Assembly (NCBI GenBank): GCA_963798085.1
Contig: CAWCRS010000007.1
Coordinates: 928,001 to 992,000, forward strand
DNA from: an uncultured Gemmatimonadales bacterium
Lineage (GTDB): Bacteria > Gemmatimonadota > Gemmatimonadetes > Longimicrobiales > RSA9
Length of the DNA: 64,000 nt
Direction of reading: 5' to 3'
Numbering within the stretch: position 1 is the first letter of the stretch; every line of letters starts with the position of its first letter. Shown here piece after piece: positions 62,884-64,000 of the stretch. Under the pieces are notes generated by a model. That model was not told the origin of the DNA. It worked only from the letters and a program-made list of their open reading frames with translations, and searched no databases. The translations under genes were made by a program, and so were the position numbers.

Positions 62884-64000
62884 TTACTTCCAGTTCGCCG
62901 GAAGCCGGCGCACCACCACCTGCTCCACATCCAGATCGGTCTTCTCGACCCACGCCGCCAGTCCCGTGCTGCTGACAGCCATCGGGATGGCGGTTCCGGT
63001 GACCGTGCCGATGTAGCGGCCATCGCTGGCAATGAGGTCAATGGGCGACGTGTCGCGCACGTGTCCGGGATTGCGCTCGACCCAGATGCGCCCGGTCGCA
63101 TCGACGGTGATGCGCCTGATGGCGGGAATCCGATCGGCGAACGTCATCTGCTTCACCTGCTCCTCGATCTCCGCCTCCGTCATCGTGCGCCCCGTGCTGC
63201 TGCCGCCGAAGGCGACGGTGCTGCCCCGGCCGCCCGAGACGACGGTCGTCGTGGGTCCGCCACTCGTACGCAGCTGCTCGCGCTGCTGGTCGCGCGCATC
63301 ATCCTGGTCGCGACGCGTGACATTGCGAGCCGCGAACGGGCGTGTCAGCAGCCGCTGCACGGACCCCGAGGCGTCGGTAATGCGGATGGACCAGTCATCA
63401 TCCTGGCGAACGGCGAGGCCGCCGTCGGGCAGGACGCCCCAGGTGGGATCCACGTCGAAGGTCGCCCGCGAAAAGCCGACCATGCTGAATGTGGCGCCGC
63501 CCCGTCCCGGCGCCGTTCGCACCGTGGGCGGCGGCATCATGAACTGGTAGAGCCTGGTCGCCGCGGGCGTCTCATCGAGCGTCAGGCTCACAATCGGTGA
63601 AGCGACGGAGTCGGTGGGTGCGCCCGCCTGCAGATTGAGGCGGGGCATGGTGCGAACCACCAGGCCGCCCTGCGGCGAGGCAAAGATCTCGTCGGGCCGC
63701 GGTGAGCCCACGTCAGCTGCGGGCGTGATCAGCTTGCGATACTGACCGTCGGGTCCAAACACGCTGTATCCCCGCCGGCCCGCATCGTAGATGACGATCG
63801 ACCCGTCGCGCGCAATCCGGATGGCGAGCGGGAACTGGAATTCGCCGGGGCCGCCGCCTTCCTTGCCGATCTGTCGCAGGAACCTGCCGTTTGCATCGAA
63901 CTCCAGCACACGCTTGTTGCCCAGCTCGAGCACGTAGAGGTTGTCGTGGCTGTCGAAGGCCATTGAATTCACGGTGGACAGCATCTCCCACGTGTCGCCC
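62884..64000 (-). CDS. 6-bladed beta-propeller protein (5' end beyond the window)
   Basis: FDANGRFLRQIGKEGGGPGEFQFP NHL-like blade; ITVDATGRIWVER; DGRYIG. Confidence 0.8.
   Translation of the reverse strand, partial: GDTWEMLSTVNSMAFDSHDNLYVLELGNKRVLEFDANGRFLRQIGKEGGGPGEFQFPLAIRIARDGSIVIYDAGRRGYSVFGPDGQYRKLITPAADVGSPRPDEIFASPQGGLVVRTMPRLNLQAGAPTDSVASPIVSLTLDETPAATRLYQFMMPPPTVRTAPGRGGATFSMVGFSRATFDVDPTWGVLPDGGLAVRQDDDWSIRITDASGSVQRLLTRPFAARNVTRRDQDDARDQQREQLRTSGGPTTTVVSGGRGSTVAFGGSSTGRTMTEAEIEEQVKQMTFADRIPAIRRITVDATGRIWVERNPGHVRDTSPIDLIASDGRYIGTVTGTAIPMAVSSTGLAAWVEKTDLDVEQVVVRRLPANWK

Overview
GC-rich bacterial chromosomal DNA, most likely Gemmatimonadota. This is an inference from gene content: a SusC/SusD pair outside Bacteroidota, 6-bladed beta-propeller proteins, an ADOP-type ABC permease and a TIGR02999 ECF/Ser-Thr kinase pair. 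Many otherwise intact genes carry single-base frameshifts, typical of an imperfectly polished long-read assembly. Contents in order: (1) a ClpC N-terminal domain fused to a YtrA-type GntR regulator, whose near-consensus sigma70 promoter is overlapped by two operator-like palindromes; (2) a diheme cytochrome c-TPR, a secreted zinc metalloprotease, a degenerate papain-like/beta-propeller protein and a tRNA(CAT); (3) a methyltransferase, a phosphoesterase, an S41 peptidase, SusC/SusD, a shattered ADOP permease and several lipoproteins; (4) an ECF sigma/Ser-Thr kinase module divergent from a P450-OsmC-MaoC-propeller operon; (5) a complete group 1 membrane-bound [NiFe]-hydrogenase + hypABFCDE cluster lying antiparallel between the FeS/NrfD subunit and the catalytic subunit of a Psr/Phs-like molybdoenzyme, with a HypA that lacks its zinc finger; (6) a Rieske-reductase fusion, glgP and a two-RND/TolC/MFP efflux operon. 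No CRISPR array, rRNA, integrase or transposase was seen. The best candidates for something new are the apparently autoregulated ClpN-GntR sensor and the hydrogenase nested in the molybdoenzyme locus.
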